DNA from: Acutalibacteraceae bacterium
GTDB lineage: Bacteria; Bacillota; Clostridia; Oscillospirales; Acutalibacteraceae
Length of the DNA stretch: 30,384 nt
NCBI GenBank assembly: GCA_036309925.1
Contig: JAXJSX010000105.1
Coordinates: forward strand, 1 to 30,384
Reading direction: 5' to 3'
The notes below the pieces were generated by a model. It had not been told where the DNA came from and did no database searches. It saw nothing but the letters and a program-made list of their open reading frames with translations. This document shows, piece by piece, positions 17,756 to 26,393 of the stretch (the first letter of the stretch is position 1; every line of letters starts with the position of its first letter). Both the position numbers and the translations under genes were made by a program.

Positions 17756-19930
17756 TTACAAAATGTCGTTAATATCTGATTTCAAAACATCCGCTTTCGG
17801 ACCGTAGATTGCCTGTATTCCGGTATCTTTCTTCACAAGTCCAAGCGCACCTTCTGCTTTCCACTTGTCAACATCTGCTACAAGGTCGGGATTTTTGACA
17901 GTAACACGCAGTCTTGTCATACAAGCATCAACCAAAGTGATGTTATCTCTACCACCGAGGAGTGCGATGATTCTTTCGGGCTGACCGTCAGCTGAAACTT
18001 TCTTATCTCTTGATGTTTCTTCATTATCATCAGTGTCAACGGTGTAGTTTCCAAGACGGCCGGGAGTTGCAAATTTGAACTTGCCGATCATAAAGTATGC
18101 AACAAAATAGCCGATTGCGAAGAACACAACTACCGCAATGACAAAGTTTACTATATCCATAACAAGTCCCGCTTCAACAGACATTGGGATTCTTGTAATA
18201 AATTCAAGGTTACCGAATGAATGAAGTCTTAAATCGACAATACCTGCTAAAGCGAATGCGCATCCTTGAAGAACTGCATAAACGATATACAACGGTAAAG
18301 CGCAGAACATAAACATAAATTCGAGCGGTTCAGTAACGCCTGTGAGGAATACAGCCAAAGCTGTTGAAATGAACATCGAACGGTATCTTTTGCGTTTATC
18401 AACATCGACTCTACGGTACATTGCAAGTGCAATACCGATAAGAAGTCCTGTTGCACCAATCATCTGACCTACTTTAAAGCGTGCAGGTGTTATAGATTCG
18501 AGAAGATTTGTGTAACTTGCCATATCGCCTGCGTCCTTGAAATTGATAAGGTCTGTAACCCAAGCAAGCCACAGGGGATCCTGACCGAAAACTTCAGTTC
18601 CTGCGTTAACGCCTGTGAGGATTTCATATGTGCCGCCGAACGAAGTGTAGTTCATCGGAATAGTCAACATATGATGCAAGCCGAAGGGAAGTAACAGTCT
18701 TTCAAGTGTGCCGTAGATGAACGGAGCGAGTACAGGCGAAGTATCAGCGGAATTTGCAATCCAAATACCGAATGCGTTGATACCTGACTGAACAACCGGC
18801 CATACTACCGCTAAAATCATCGAAATGACTACTGACCAGAGGATTACCATCAAAGGTACGAAGCGTTTGCCGTTGAAGAATGAAAGTGCATCGGGGAGTT
18901 TGCGGAAGTTGTAGTATTTGTTGTATACCATACCACCGACAAAACCCGAAATTATGCCTACAAACACACCCATATTCAGCGCGGGCGCACCGAGAACAGA
19001 GGTAAAGTAGTTCTCAACCAACATTTCCTGTCCGAATAAAGAGTGTACAACTGCGTTCGGGTCGCTGAGCATTGAGCTTGTAACGCCAAAAATTACGCCG
19101 GTTATGTTGTTTATAAGTATAAACGATATTATTGCCGCAAATGCGCCGCCTGCTCTTTCCTTTGCCCACGAACCGCCGATTGCCGCAGCAAAGAGAATAT
19201 GGAGATTGTTGATAACCGCCCAACCGATGTTTTCCATAACACTGCCGATTGTAACGATTGTACCAACATCTGCACCCGCCATAGCAACCAATTTACCAAG
19301 GCTTATCATAAGTCCTGCTGCAGGCATAACCGCAATTACAGTCATAAGTACCTTGCCGAGCTTTTGAAGGAAATCAAAGTTAATTTTAGATTTCTTCTTG
19401 TTATCATCTAATTTTTCTTTAGCATCAACCGCCACAGCGTTTTCTTCAACACTTGCTTTTGGTGATGACAATGAAATTAAATCATTTCCGACTTTAACTT
19501 TGCCCTCAGCTACACCCATTTCAAGTTCGTCTGCACCGTCACAAATAAGTACAGGTGTAGTAAGATTGATATTGTGTTGCTTTAGCACATCAAGGTCAAC
19601 TTCTGCAATGAGGTCGCCGACTTTGACTTTCTGTCCTACCTCAACGAGAGATGTAAATCCTTCGCCTTTAAGTGCTACTGTTTCAAGACCGAAATGAACG
19701 AGAATTTCAAGTCCGTTATCGGAAGAAAAACCGTAAGCGTGTTTTGTTTCAGCGATTGAAGAGATCTCGCCGTCAACAGGACTGTAAATTTTACCGTCAT
19801 CGGGAATTACAGCACATCCGTCACCTAAAACTTTATCGGAAAAAACAGGGTCGGGAACTTGCTCAAGGGGTATGACTTTACCGTTTATAGGGGAAACGAT
19901 ACCCAATTTTGTTGTGGTTTTGCTTTTCAT
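17756..19930 (-). CDS. malT: Glucose-family PTS enzyme II, domain order EIIA-EIIC-EIIB, probably maltose-specific
   Basis: EIIA (VPDPVFS, TKHAYG, LVHFGLET), EIIC (QKLGKVLM, PFGLHHM, GVTEPLEF) and EIIB (DACMTRLRV). Neighbours are mapP and malQ. malT is used in the enterococcal/streptococcal sense. Confidence 0.88.
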   Translation of the reverse strand: MKSKTTTKLGIVSPINGKVIPLEQVPDPVFSDKVLGDGCAVIPDDGKIYSPVDGEISSIAETKHAYGFSSDNGLEILVHFGLETVALKGEGFTSLVEVGQKVKVGDLIAEVDLDVLKQHNINLTTPVLICDGADELEMGVAEGKVKVGNDLISLSSPKASVEENAVAVDAKEKLDDNKKKSKINFDFLQKLGKVLMTVIAVMPAAGLMISLGKLVAMAGADVGTIVTIGSVMENIGWAVINNLHILFAAAIGGSWAKERAGGAFAAIISFILINNITGVIFGVTSSMLSDPNAVVHSLFGQEMLVENYFTSVLGAPALNMGVFVGIISGFVGGMVYNKYYNFRKLPDALSFFNGKRFVPLMVILWSVVISMILAVVWPVVQSGINAFGIWIANSADTSPVLAPFIYGTLERLLLPFGLHHMLTIPMNYTSFGGTYEILTGVNAGTEVFGQDPLWLAWVTDLINFKDAGDMASYTNLLESITPARFKVGQMIGATGLLIGIALAMYRRVDVDKRKRYRSMFISTALAVFLTGVTEPLEFMFMFCALPLYIVYAVLQGCAFALAGIVDLRLHSFGNLEFITRIPMSVEAGLVMDIVNFVIAVVVFFAIGYFVAYFMIGKFKFATPGRLGNYTVDTDDNEETSRDKKVSADGQPERIIALLGGRDNITLVDACMTRLRVTVKNPDLVADVDKWKAEGALGLVKKDTGIQAIYGPKADVLKSDINDIL

Positions 19931-19984
19931 TTTTTGTTGTCCTCCTTTGTATTATAATTAGCGCAACCGTGCAGATTATCCCAG

Positions 19985-19998
19985 TGCAACGAGTTGCA
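19985..19998. promoter_or_regulatory. Putative LacI-family operator O1
   Basis: Palindrome TGCAAC-GA-GTTGCA just downstream of the predicted PTS-operon promoter. Confidence 0.65.
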
Positions 19999-20014
19999 TT
20001 TAACTTACGCAATT

Positions 20015-20043
20015 ATTGTAGCACATTTATGCAATAAGTACAA
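20015..20043 (-). promoter_or_regulatory. Putative sigmaA promoter of the PTS-mapP-malQ operon
   Basis: Minus strand TTGTAC, 17 bp spacer, TACAAT, with an extended -10 TG. Confidence 0.65.
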
Positions 20044-20145
20044 TAGTTTTTCGCAAAAAATCTGCTGAATTGCGTAAAATCGTGATATTTCACAAATTAG
20101 ACATAATATATTATAGCAATATTAACAATAAAATATTTTTCGTTA

Positions 20146-20177
20146 AAAAATCTATGCAATGCGTTGCATAGATTTTT
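20146..20177. promoter_or_regulatory. Inverted repeat with 14 bp arms; core resembles O1 (putative operator O2)
   Basis: AAAAATCTATGCAA-tgcg-TTGCATAGATTTTT; core TGCAATGCGTTGCA. Confidence 0.6.
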
Positions 20178-20198
20178 CTAAAAATTTCTGCAATTTCA

Positions 20199-20227
20199 TT
20201 GACATTTGTGCAAAATAAGGTTATAAT
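20199..20227 (+). promoter_or_regulatory. SigmaA promoter of the LacI regulator
   Basis: Perfect TTGACA, 17 bp spacer, TATAAT. Confidence 0.88.
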
Positions 20228-20264
20228 TGCATTGAAAATAATCAATGCAGAAAGGCGGTAGACT

Positions 20265-21278
20265 ATGTCAGTTACACTTAAAGATGTTGCGGCGCTTGCA
20301 GGAGTATCCCCTTCAACCGCATCAAGAGCCTGTAAGGATAATCCGTCAATCAGTCGTGAAACCAAAGAAAAGGTCCGAAAAGCAATGGAAGAGCTTGGGT
20401 ATGAAGCAAATTTGCAACCGGGCGATAACTCTAACAGTAAAACGATCGGTATAATCCTACCTCCGTCTTATAAGGAGTCGTTTGAAAATGCTTTTCACCT
20501 TGAAGTAATCAGAGGCATCAGTCAATACTGCAACAGCCACAATTATATGAACACTATTATCACAGGGCAAGATGACAATGAAATCCTCAGCGTCATTGAA
20601 GTCATAGTTAAAAGTCAACGGGTAGATGGTTTTATTGTTACTTACTCGAAACAAGACGATCCGATTGTCAACTACCTATATAATGAAGGACTGCTTTATG
20701 TTGTAATCGGTAAAGCGTACCGCTTTGCAAATCAAACTGTTTATGTGGATAATGATAATGTGCTTGCAGCACAAGAAGCAGCGGAGTATTTAATCGCTAA
20801 AGGACATACAAATATTGCATATCTTGGAAGTGACAGCAATCAAGTTTTTTCTTCAGACAGAAAGACCGGATATAAATTAGCACTACTTAACCATTCGATT
20901 GCGCTCAATGCGGATAATATCATTGAATTGCCTTTCGTTCCCGAAGAAAACGCTAACGATGTTTACAATTTGCTCAACCGCCCTGACAGACCTACTGCAA
21001 TCCTTGTAAGTGACGATATTTTTGCGGTTGCGCTCGAGCGTGTGTGTATTGAAATGGGAATTTCAATTCCGAAAGATTTATCAATTATTTCATTTAATAA
21101 CTCCTTGTTCGCAAGACTTACTTCCCCCCGCCTTACATCTATTGATATAAATTCAATTCAGCTTGGGATTGAAGCCGCATCACAGGTGATAAACCATATT
21201 GAAAATCCGAATTTGCTTGCAACTAAAATAATCGTTCCGCACAAGCTGATAGAGCGTCATAGCTGTGTTAATTTGTAA
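20265..21278 (+). CDS. malR: LacI-family transcriptional regulator (MalR-like)
   Basis: VTLKDVAALAGVSPSTASR HTH; VDNDN, IPKDLSIISFN and PRLTSI. Divergent from the maltose PTS operon. Confidence 0.88.
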   Translation: MSVTLKDVAALAGVSPSTASRACKDNPSISRETKEKVRKAMEELGYEANLQPGDNSNSKTIGIILPPSYKESFENAFHLEVIRGISQYCNSHNYMNTIITGQDDNEILSVIEVIVKSQRVDGFIVTYSKQDDPIVNYLYNEGLLYVVIGKAYRFANQTVYVDNDNVLAAQEAAEYLIAKGHTNIAYLGSDSNQVFSSDRKTGYKLALLNHSIALNADNIIELPFVPEENANDVYNLLNRPDRPTAILVSDDIFAVALERVCIEMGISIPKDLSIISFNNSLFARLTSPRLTSIDINSIQLGIEAASQVINHIENPNLLATKIIVPHKLIERHSCVNL

Positions 21279-21283
21279 AATGT

Positions 21284-21310
21284 AAAAGCGGTGGAAATCC
21301 ACCGCTTTTT
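21284..21310. terminator. Bidirectional terminator between the LacI and phosphorylase genes
   Basis: AAAAGCGGTGGA-aa-TCCACCGCTTTT. Confidence 0.88.
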
Positions 21311-21313
21311 AAA

Positions 21314-23566
21314 TTAAAGATTCCAAATATCCTTATTGTATTCCTCGATTGTTCTGTCAGATGAGAAATATCCTGCCTTGGCAATATTAACAAGCATTTT
21401 CTTACCCCAGTCTTTTCTGTTTTCAAAATCAGTATATGCTTTTTCACGAGTTTTTACATAATCGTTGAAATCAGGGAAAGTCATAAACCAGTCTTTGTTG
21501 ATAAGTTCATTTTTGAGGCGTTCAAGGCGTTTTTTATCACCAACAGCCAATACATCTTTGCTTGTGATAAAATCAACTGCACTTTTGATATTCTTGTTGC
21601 TTGTATAATATCTTTTAGCCTTATAATTACCTTTTTTGTAACGCGAAACGACCGTGTCGCTGTCATCACCGAAAATGTAGATGTTTTTATTGCCCACAAG
21701 TTCGTGAATTTCAACATTTGCACCGTCTTCTGTACCGAGTGTAACAGCGCCGTTGAGCATAAATTTCATATTACCTGTACCGCTTGCTTCCTTTGATGCG
21801 AGTGAAATCTGCTCTGAAATGTCACAAGCGGGAATTAACTTTTCAGCAAGTGTGACATTGTAGTTTTCAACCATTACAACTTTGAGATATTCATTAACAT
21901 CAGGATCGTTGTTGATGATTTCCTGTAAACAAAGAATAAGGTGAATAATATCTTGAGCAATAGTGTACGCAGGGGCTGCTTTTGCACCGAAAATGACTGT
22001 AATCGGTGTGTTCGGCTTTTTGCCCGACTTGATTTCCAGATACTTGTTGATTACATACAAAGCGTTGAGTTGCTGGCGTTTATACTCGTGTAAACGCTTA
22101 ATCTGAATATCGAAAATCGAGTTCTCGTTTACAGCGATATTCTGCTTTTTGAGAAGATACGCAGAAAAGTTGCGCTTTTTATCATTTTTAATATCGAGGA
22201 TTTTATCAATAACCGCTTCATCATCAGCAAATTTCATCAATTTTTCAAGTTCGTTTGCATCCTTCTTCCAGCCCTCACCGATAAGGGAAGTGATTAAATC
22301 TGCAAGTTGTGGATTGCTGTGCATAAGCCAACGACGGAAGGTAATACCGTTTGTCTTATTGTTGAACTTTTCCGGATAGATCTTATAGAAATTGTTAAGC
22401 TCTTCGTTTTTGAGAATTTCTGTGTGGAGCGATGCAACGCCGTTTACGCTGAAACTGTAGTGAATGTCAATGTGCGCCATATGCACGCGTTCGTCTTTGT
22501 CAATAATGTAAAGTGACTTATCATCAAACTTTCTTCTGATTTTATTGTCGAGAACTTCAATAATGGGCAATAACTGCGGTACAGCCTTTTTGAGATATTC
22601 CATCGGCCATTTTTCCAAAGCCTCCGCAAGAATTGTATGATTTGTATATGCACAAGTCTTGCTGACGATTTCAATCGCTTCGTCCATCTCGATTCCGCGT
22701 TCTGTAAGGAGTCTGACAAGTTCGGGAATTACCATTGTAGGATGTGTATCGTTGATTTGGATTACCGCATAGTCATATAAATCGGTAAGTTTGCATCCTC
22801 TTGCGACGCACTCATCAAGAATAAGTTGCGCACCTGCAGATACCATAAAATACTGCTGATAAATACGAAGCAGTCTGCCGTTGTCGTCGCTGTCATCGGG
22901 ATATAAGAATAATGTGAGATTTTTATCAATTTTGGTTTTATCGAAATCAATTCCGTCTTCAACAATGCTCTCGTCAACGCTTTCAATATCGAATAAATGG
23001 AGTTTGTTGGTTGTGCTGTCGTAGCCTGTGACATTGATGTCGTACATTCTCGCTGTGACTTGAGCGTTTCTGAATTTCACCGCATATGTTACATCAGTCT
23101 TATTAAGCCAACTGTTTTCTTCAATCCATTTATCAGGGATTGTCGTCTGTGCATTATCTTTGAACACTTGTTTGAACAGACCAAAGTGATAGTTAAGTCC
23201 GATACCATCGCCTTGAAGTCCTAATGTTGCAATAGAATCAAGGAAGCACGCCGCAAGTCTGCCAAGACCGCCGTTTCCCAGTGACGGTTCGTTTTCAATC
23301 TCTTCAATCTCACAGATGTCTTTGCCGTTTTGCGAAAGTTCTTTTTTAACATCTTCGTAAACACCTAAATTTATAAGGTTGTTAGACAGAAGTTTGCCGA
23401 TAAGAAACTCAGCAGAGATGTAGTACAGCTTCTTTTTTCCTTTTGTTTCAGCCTTCTTTGATGCCATTTCGTTTGTCGCTTTCAAGAGCGCAAAGTAGAT
23501 TTCAGCGTTTGAACAATCAGAAATGGTTTTACCGTATTCAGCTTTAATGATTTCAGCAAGATTCAT
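21314..23566 (-). CDS. glgP: Glycogen/maltodextrin phosphorylase (GT35)
   Basis: [32 protein letters not shown] site [14 protein letters not shown] and FSSDRTI. AAAGGAG RBS. Probably acts as maltodextrin phosphorylase given the context. Confidence 0.95.
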   Translation of the reverse strand: MNLAEIIKAEYGKTISDCSNAEIYFALLKATNEMASKKAETKGKKKLYYISAEFLIGKLLSNNLINLGVYEDVKKELSQNGKDICEIEEIENEPSLGNGGLGRLAACFLDSIATLGLQGDGIGLNYHFGLFKQVFKDNAQTTIPDKWIEENSWLNKTDVTYAVKFRNAQVTARMYDINVTGYDSTTNKLHLFDIESVDESIVEDGIDFDKTKIDKNLTLFLYPDDSDDNGRLLRIYQQYFMVSAGAQLILDECVARGCKLTDLYDYAVIQINDTHPTMVIPELVRLLTERGIEMDEAIEIVSKTCAYTNHTILAEALEKWPMEYLKKAVPQLLPIIEVLDNKIRRKFDDKSLYIIDKDERVHMAHIDIHYSFSVNGVASLHTEILKNEELNNFYKIYPEKFNNKTNGITFRRWLMHSNPQLADLITSLIGEGWKKDANELEKLMKFADDEAVIDKILDIKNDKKRNFSAYLLKKQNIAVNENSIFDIQIKRLHEYKRQQLNALYVINKYLEIKSGKKPNTPITVIFGAKAAPAYTIAQDIIHLILCLQEIINNDPDVNEYLKVVMVENYNVTLAEKLIPACDISEQISLASKEASGTGNMKFMLNGAVTLGTEDGANVEIHELVGNKNIYIFGDDSDTVVSRYKKGNYKAKRYYTSNKNIKSAVDFITSKDVLAVGDKKRLERLKNELINKDWFMTFPDFNDYVKTREKAYTDFENRKDWGKKMLVNIAKAGYFSSDRTIEEYNKDIWNL

Positions 23567-23689
23567 AAAAAGTCTCCTTTGAAATTGTTTTAGTATGAAC
23601 ATATTATAATATACCGATTATAGTTTTTCTTGTATAATAATGCTCCATTTTTGCACAATACTATCTTTATATAAAGTGAGGTTTGTTTG

Positions 23690-24559
23690 ATGAATACCAC
23701 TCAATACGAAGTTTATCACGAAAATAAAAACCATACTCTACCCGAATTTCCGTACAATACTTACCTTTGCTCAATTCCGCTTGACTTTAAATCCGTGAAA
23801 ACTCATTGGCATAACGAAGTTGAGATAATCGTAATCAAAAAAGGTGAAGGTATTGTATTTGTAGACCTGATTGAATACCGTGTAAAAAAGGGAGATATGG
23901 TGTTTGTGATGTCAGGGCAGTTACATTCTATTGAACAGTATGAAGATAAATCAATGGAATATGAAAATATTTTATTTAAACCTGTACTGCTTAAATCAAC
24001 TGGGCAGGATTTATGTTGGGATGATTTTATTTCACCTATGCTACTGTCATCAAAGAGCATCACTCCTTTAATATCTGAGAACAACTCTATTCACTCAAAA
24101 CTGACCGCAATTATTGAAGAAATTGATACGCTTTGCAGTGAACGACAGTTGGGTTATCAAGTAGCAATCAAGGGGTATCTATTCCAAATTGTATTTTTAA
24201 TCATGACTCAAGCAAAATCAGATTCAAATGTTAAACAGAGTAGAAAATCTCTTGATAAAATCAAGACTATTCTTTCATACATTGCAGAGAATTATTCAGA
24301 AAGCATCAGTGTTGAAGATATGGCAAGACTGTGCTTTTACAGTAAATCGTATTTTATGAAGTTTTTTAAAGAAAATATGGGCACAGGCTTTATTTCATAC
24401 TTAAATGACTACCGACTTGAAGTCGCCGCAAAAATGTTGCTCGCTTCCGACAGTAATGTCCTTGATGTAGCTGTGGCTTGTGGTTTTGACAATTTATCAT
24501 ACTTTAACCGTAGTTTTAAGAAAAAATACGGTGTCACTCCGGGAAAATACAGAAAATAG
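23690..24559 (+). CDS. AraC-family regulator with N-terminal cupin domain
   Basis: HWHNEVE and GQLHS in the cupin domain; C-terminal VACGFDNLSYFNRSFKKKYGVTPGKYR. Confidence 0.93.
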   Translation: MNTTQYEVYHENKNHTLPEFPYNTYLCSIPLDFKSVKTHWHNEVEIIVIKKGEGIVFVDLIEYRVKKGDMVFVMSGQLHSIEQYEDKSMEYENILFKPVLLKSTGQDLCWDDFISPMLLSSKSITPLISENNSIHSKLTAIIEEIDTLCSERQLGYQVAIKGYLFQIVFLIMTQAKSDSNVKQSRKSLDKIKTILSYIAENYSESISVEDMARLCFYSKSYFMKFFKENMGTGFISYLNDYRLEVAAKMLLASDSNVLDVAVACGFDNLSYFNRSFKKKYGVTPGKYRK

Positions 24560-24650
24560 AAAAATGTCACAAATAATCAACATTTTTTGTAGATTTGCGT
24601 TGTAAAAGGACATTGTTACGCAGAGTAACATCGTTGTTACAGGTAGTTTG

Positions 24651-24679
24651 TTGATTTTTTTTAGTTGTTTTGGTACAAT
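24651..24679 (+). promoter_or_regulatory. Putative sigmaA promoter of the XRE gene
   Basis: TTGATT, 17 bp spacer, TACAAT, with an extended -10 TG. Confidence 0.6.
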
Positions 24680-24713
24680 GAATGCGTAATAAGTCATACG
24701 GAGGTAATGAAAA

Positions 24714-25304
24714 ATGACATTAGGAGAAAAAATAAAAGAATCAAGAAAGCAGTGCGGACTGTCACAGGAACAACTTGCGGAAAAAATGAGTGTATCAAGA
24801 TCCGCAGTTGCAAAGTGGGAAACAGATAAGGGTATGCCCGATGTGGATAACTTGAAAGCTCTTTCGCAACTCTTGAGTGTGAGTGTGGATTATTTACTTG
24901 ACGACGGCGAGGCAATCGACGAACTTGTAATGCGTGAGCCGTACAATTTATCTGAATATGGTAAAGGTATTAGAAAAACGAAGAAAGACCGTGTAATTCG
25001 TGAGAAATTCCCGGATGCAGAGATATACACTTTATTCGGTAAGCAGAAACTAACTAAGGGTGAGAAAATTGTTGATTATGCGTTGGGATTTTTAACAAAC
25101 GCACCTTTTGGAATACCGGAGTTTATCAATGGCTTGAAAAATTTGGATAGGGAATTTTATTTACTTGAGAAAAACGGTAAGCAGTATTTTGTTATCGTTA
25201 CAGATGAATTTATAGAAACCCGTCAGCTTGCAAATCGAATTACAGAAGAAAAATTCGAGATTGGCAACTGGCAATTTGTTAAATGTCGTGCCAAGGTTAA
25301 ATAA
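24714..25304 (+). CDS. XRE-family HTH protein with uncharacterised C-terminal domain
   Basis: LGEKIKESRKQCGLSQEQLAEKMSVSRSAVAKWE...VSVDYLL; GGAGG RBS. Confidence 0.88.
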   Translation: MTLGEKIKESRKQCGLSQEQLAEKMSVSRSAVAKWETDKGMPDVDNLKALSQLLSVSVDYLLDDGEAIDELVMREPYNLSEYGKGIRKTKKDRVIREKFPDAEIYTLFGKQKLTKGEKIVDYALGFLTNAPFGIPEFINGLKNLDREFYLLEKNGKQYFVIVTDEFIETRQLANRITEEKFEIGNWQFVKCRAKVK

Positions 25305-25355
25305 GTTTCTATTAAAAAAATTTTTGATTTTTGAAAAATCCCCTTGCGTAAGGTA

Positions 25356-25386
25356 TTGCTTGTTACGCTGCGTAATGTTGTAAAAT
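25356..25386 (+). promoter_or_regulatory. MerR-type promoter with 19 bp spacer and internal dyad
   Basis: TTGCTT (25356-25361), 19 bp spacer, TAAAAT (25381-25386). Dyad TTACGC-T-GCGTAA at 25363-25375. Confidence 0.75.
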
Positions 25387-25409
25387 GGGGTTACAAGGAG
25401 GTGAAAGCT

Positions 25410-26147
25410 ATGTCAAAATACACAACAGGAGAAATTGCAAAGCTTTGCGGTGTATCTGTCAGAACGGTGCAGTATTATGATTCAAGAAGCATCCTTACCC
25501 CCAGCGAACTATCAGAAGGAGGCCGTCGGTTATATTCCGATGATGACTTGAGACGAATGAAGATTATCTGTTTTCTTCGTGAAGTGGGACTTCCAATCAA
25601 TAGTATCGGTGAACTTCTTTCAGAAGAAAACCCCGGTAATATTATTTCTGTTTTGCTTGAACAGCAGGAAAAGGTGCTTCGAGAGGAACTGGATGAACGA
25701 CAGTCGAAACTCGATATGCTCGAAAGCATAAAGAGCGAACTAAAAGGTGTAGAAAAATTCTCCGTTGAATCTATCGGTGATATAGCTCACATAATGAAGA
25801 ACAAAAATCAAATAAAAAAACTTAGAGCCATTATGCTGATTACAGGCATCCCTGTCACTCTTCTTCAGTGGTTATCCATTATATTGTGGATTACAAAGGG
25901 GATATGGTGGCTGTTTGCTGTATGGGTAGGAATGGCAGTTGTCTACGGTGTTTGGGTGTCTATTTTCTATTTTAATAGAGTGAAATATATTTGTCCCGAA
26001 TGCCACGAGGTATTTAAACCACGCTTTAAGGAAATGTTCTGGGCATACCACACACCCAAAATGCGTCGTCTGACTTGCCCGAAGTGCAGTCGCAAGGGAC
26101 TTTGTGTAGAGGTGTATGCCGATAAAGATGGTGCGGATAATGGCTAA
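25410..26147 (+). CDS. MerR-family regulator with two TM helices and a C-terminal zinc ribbon
   Basis: YTTGEIAKLCGVSVRTVQYYD...GGRRLY HTH, coiled coil, two hydrophobic segments, CPEC and CPKC. AAGGAGGTG RBS. Confidence 0.9.
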   Translation: MSKYTTGEIAKLCGVSVRTVQYYDSRSILTPSELSEGGRRLYSDDDLRRMKIICFLREVGLPINSIGELLSEENPGNIISVLLEQQEKVLREELDERQSKLDMLESIKSELKGVEKFSVESIGDIAHIMKNKNQIKKLRAIMLITGIPVTLLQWLSIILWITKGIWWLFAVWVGMAVVYGVWVSIFYFNRVKYICPECHEVFKPRFKEMFWAYHTPKMRRLTCPKCSRKGLCVEVYADKDGADNG

Positions 26148-26175
26148 AGTCAAGAAACCGTGAAATTGTAAAATG

Positions 26176-26210
26176 AAGTGCTGTAAGTAAAAACTTACAG
26201 CACTTTTCTT
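26176..26210 (+). terminator. Intrinsic terminator after the MerR gene
   Basis: AAGTGCTGTAAGT-aaaa-ACTTACAGCACTT followed by TTCTT. Confidence 0.85.
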
Positions 26211-26339
26211 GACAAAACCCAATATTTTATTTTTCGATTTCACCTCTTAAAAATCACTTAAATTATTATCATTTTGGAGTTTACACAAAATCAGTGGATT
26301 CTTTGGGAATGTTTCTGCAACTATTACAACCAATTACAT

Positions 26340-26389
26340 AAGGCAACAGGGGACACCACTTTGTTATAAAGCGTCTTTCCTGTTGCCTT
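26340..26389 (-). terminator. Long hairpin directly after the kinase stop; probable pho operon terminator
   Basis: AAGGCAACAGG...CCTGTTGCCTT, 11 bp perfect arms with additional inner pairing; weak U tract. Confidence 0.55.
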
Positions 26390-26393
26390 TGTA

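Noticed and set aside
24655..24662. T8 tract in the XRE promoter as a phase-variation switch
   Set aside because: Too short to be convincing in an AT-rich intergenic region without read-level length variation.
24714..26147. XRE/MerR pair as a prophage, ICE or toxin-antitoxin remnant
   Set aside because: No integrase, phage, relaxase or toxin motifs, and no tRNA or att site in the window.
25872..26243. 123 aa minus-strand ORF overlapping the MerR gene
   Set aside because: Mostly antisense to MerR, runs through its terminator and has no recognisable domain.
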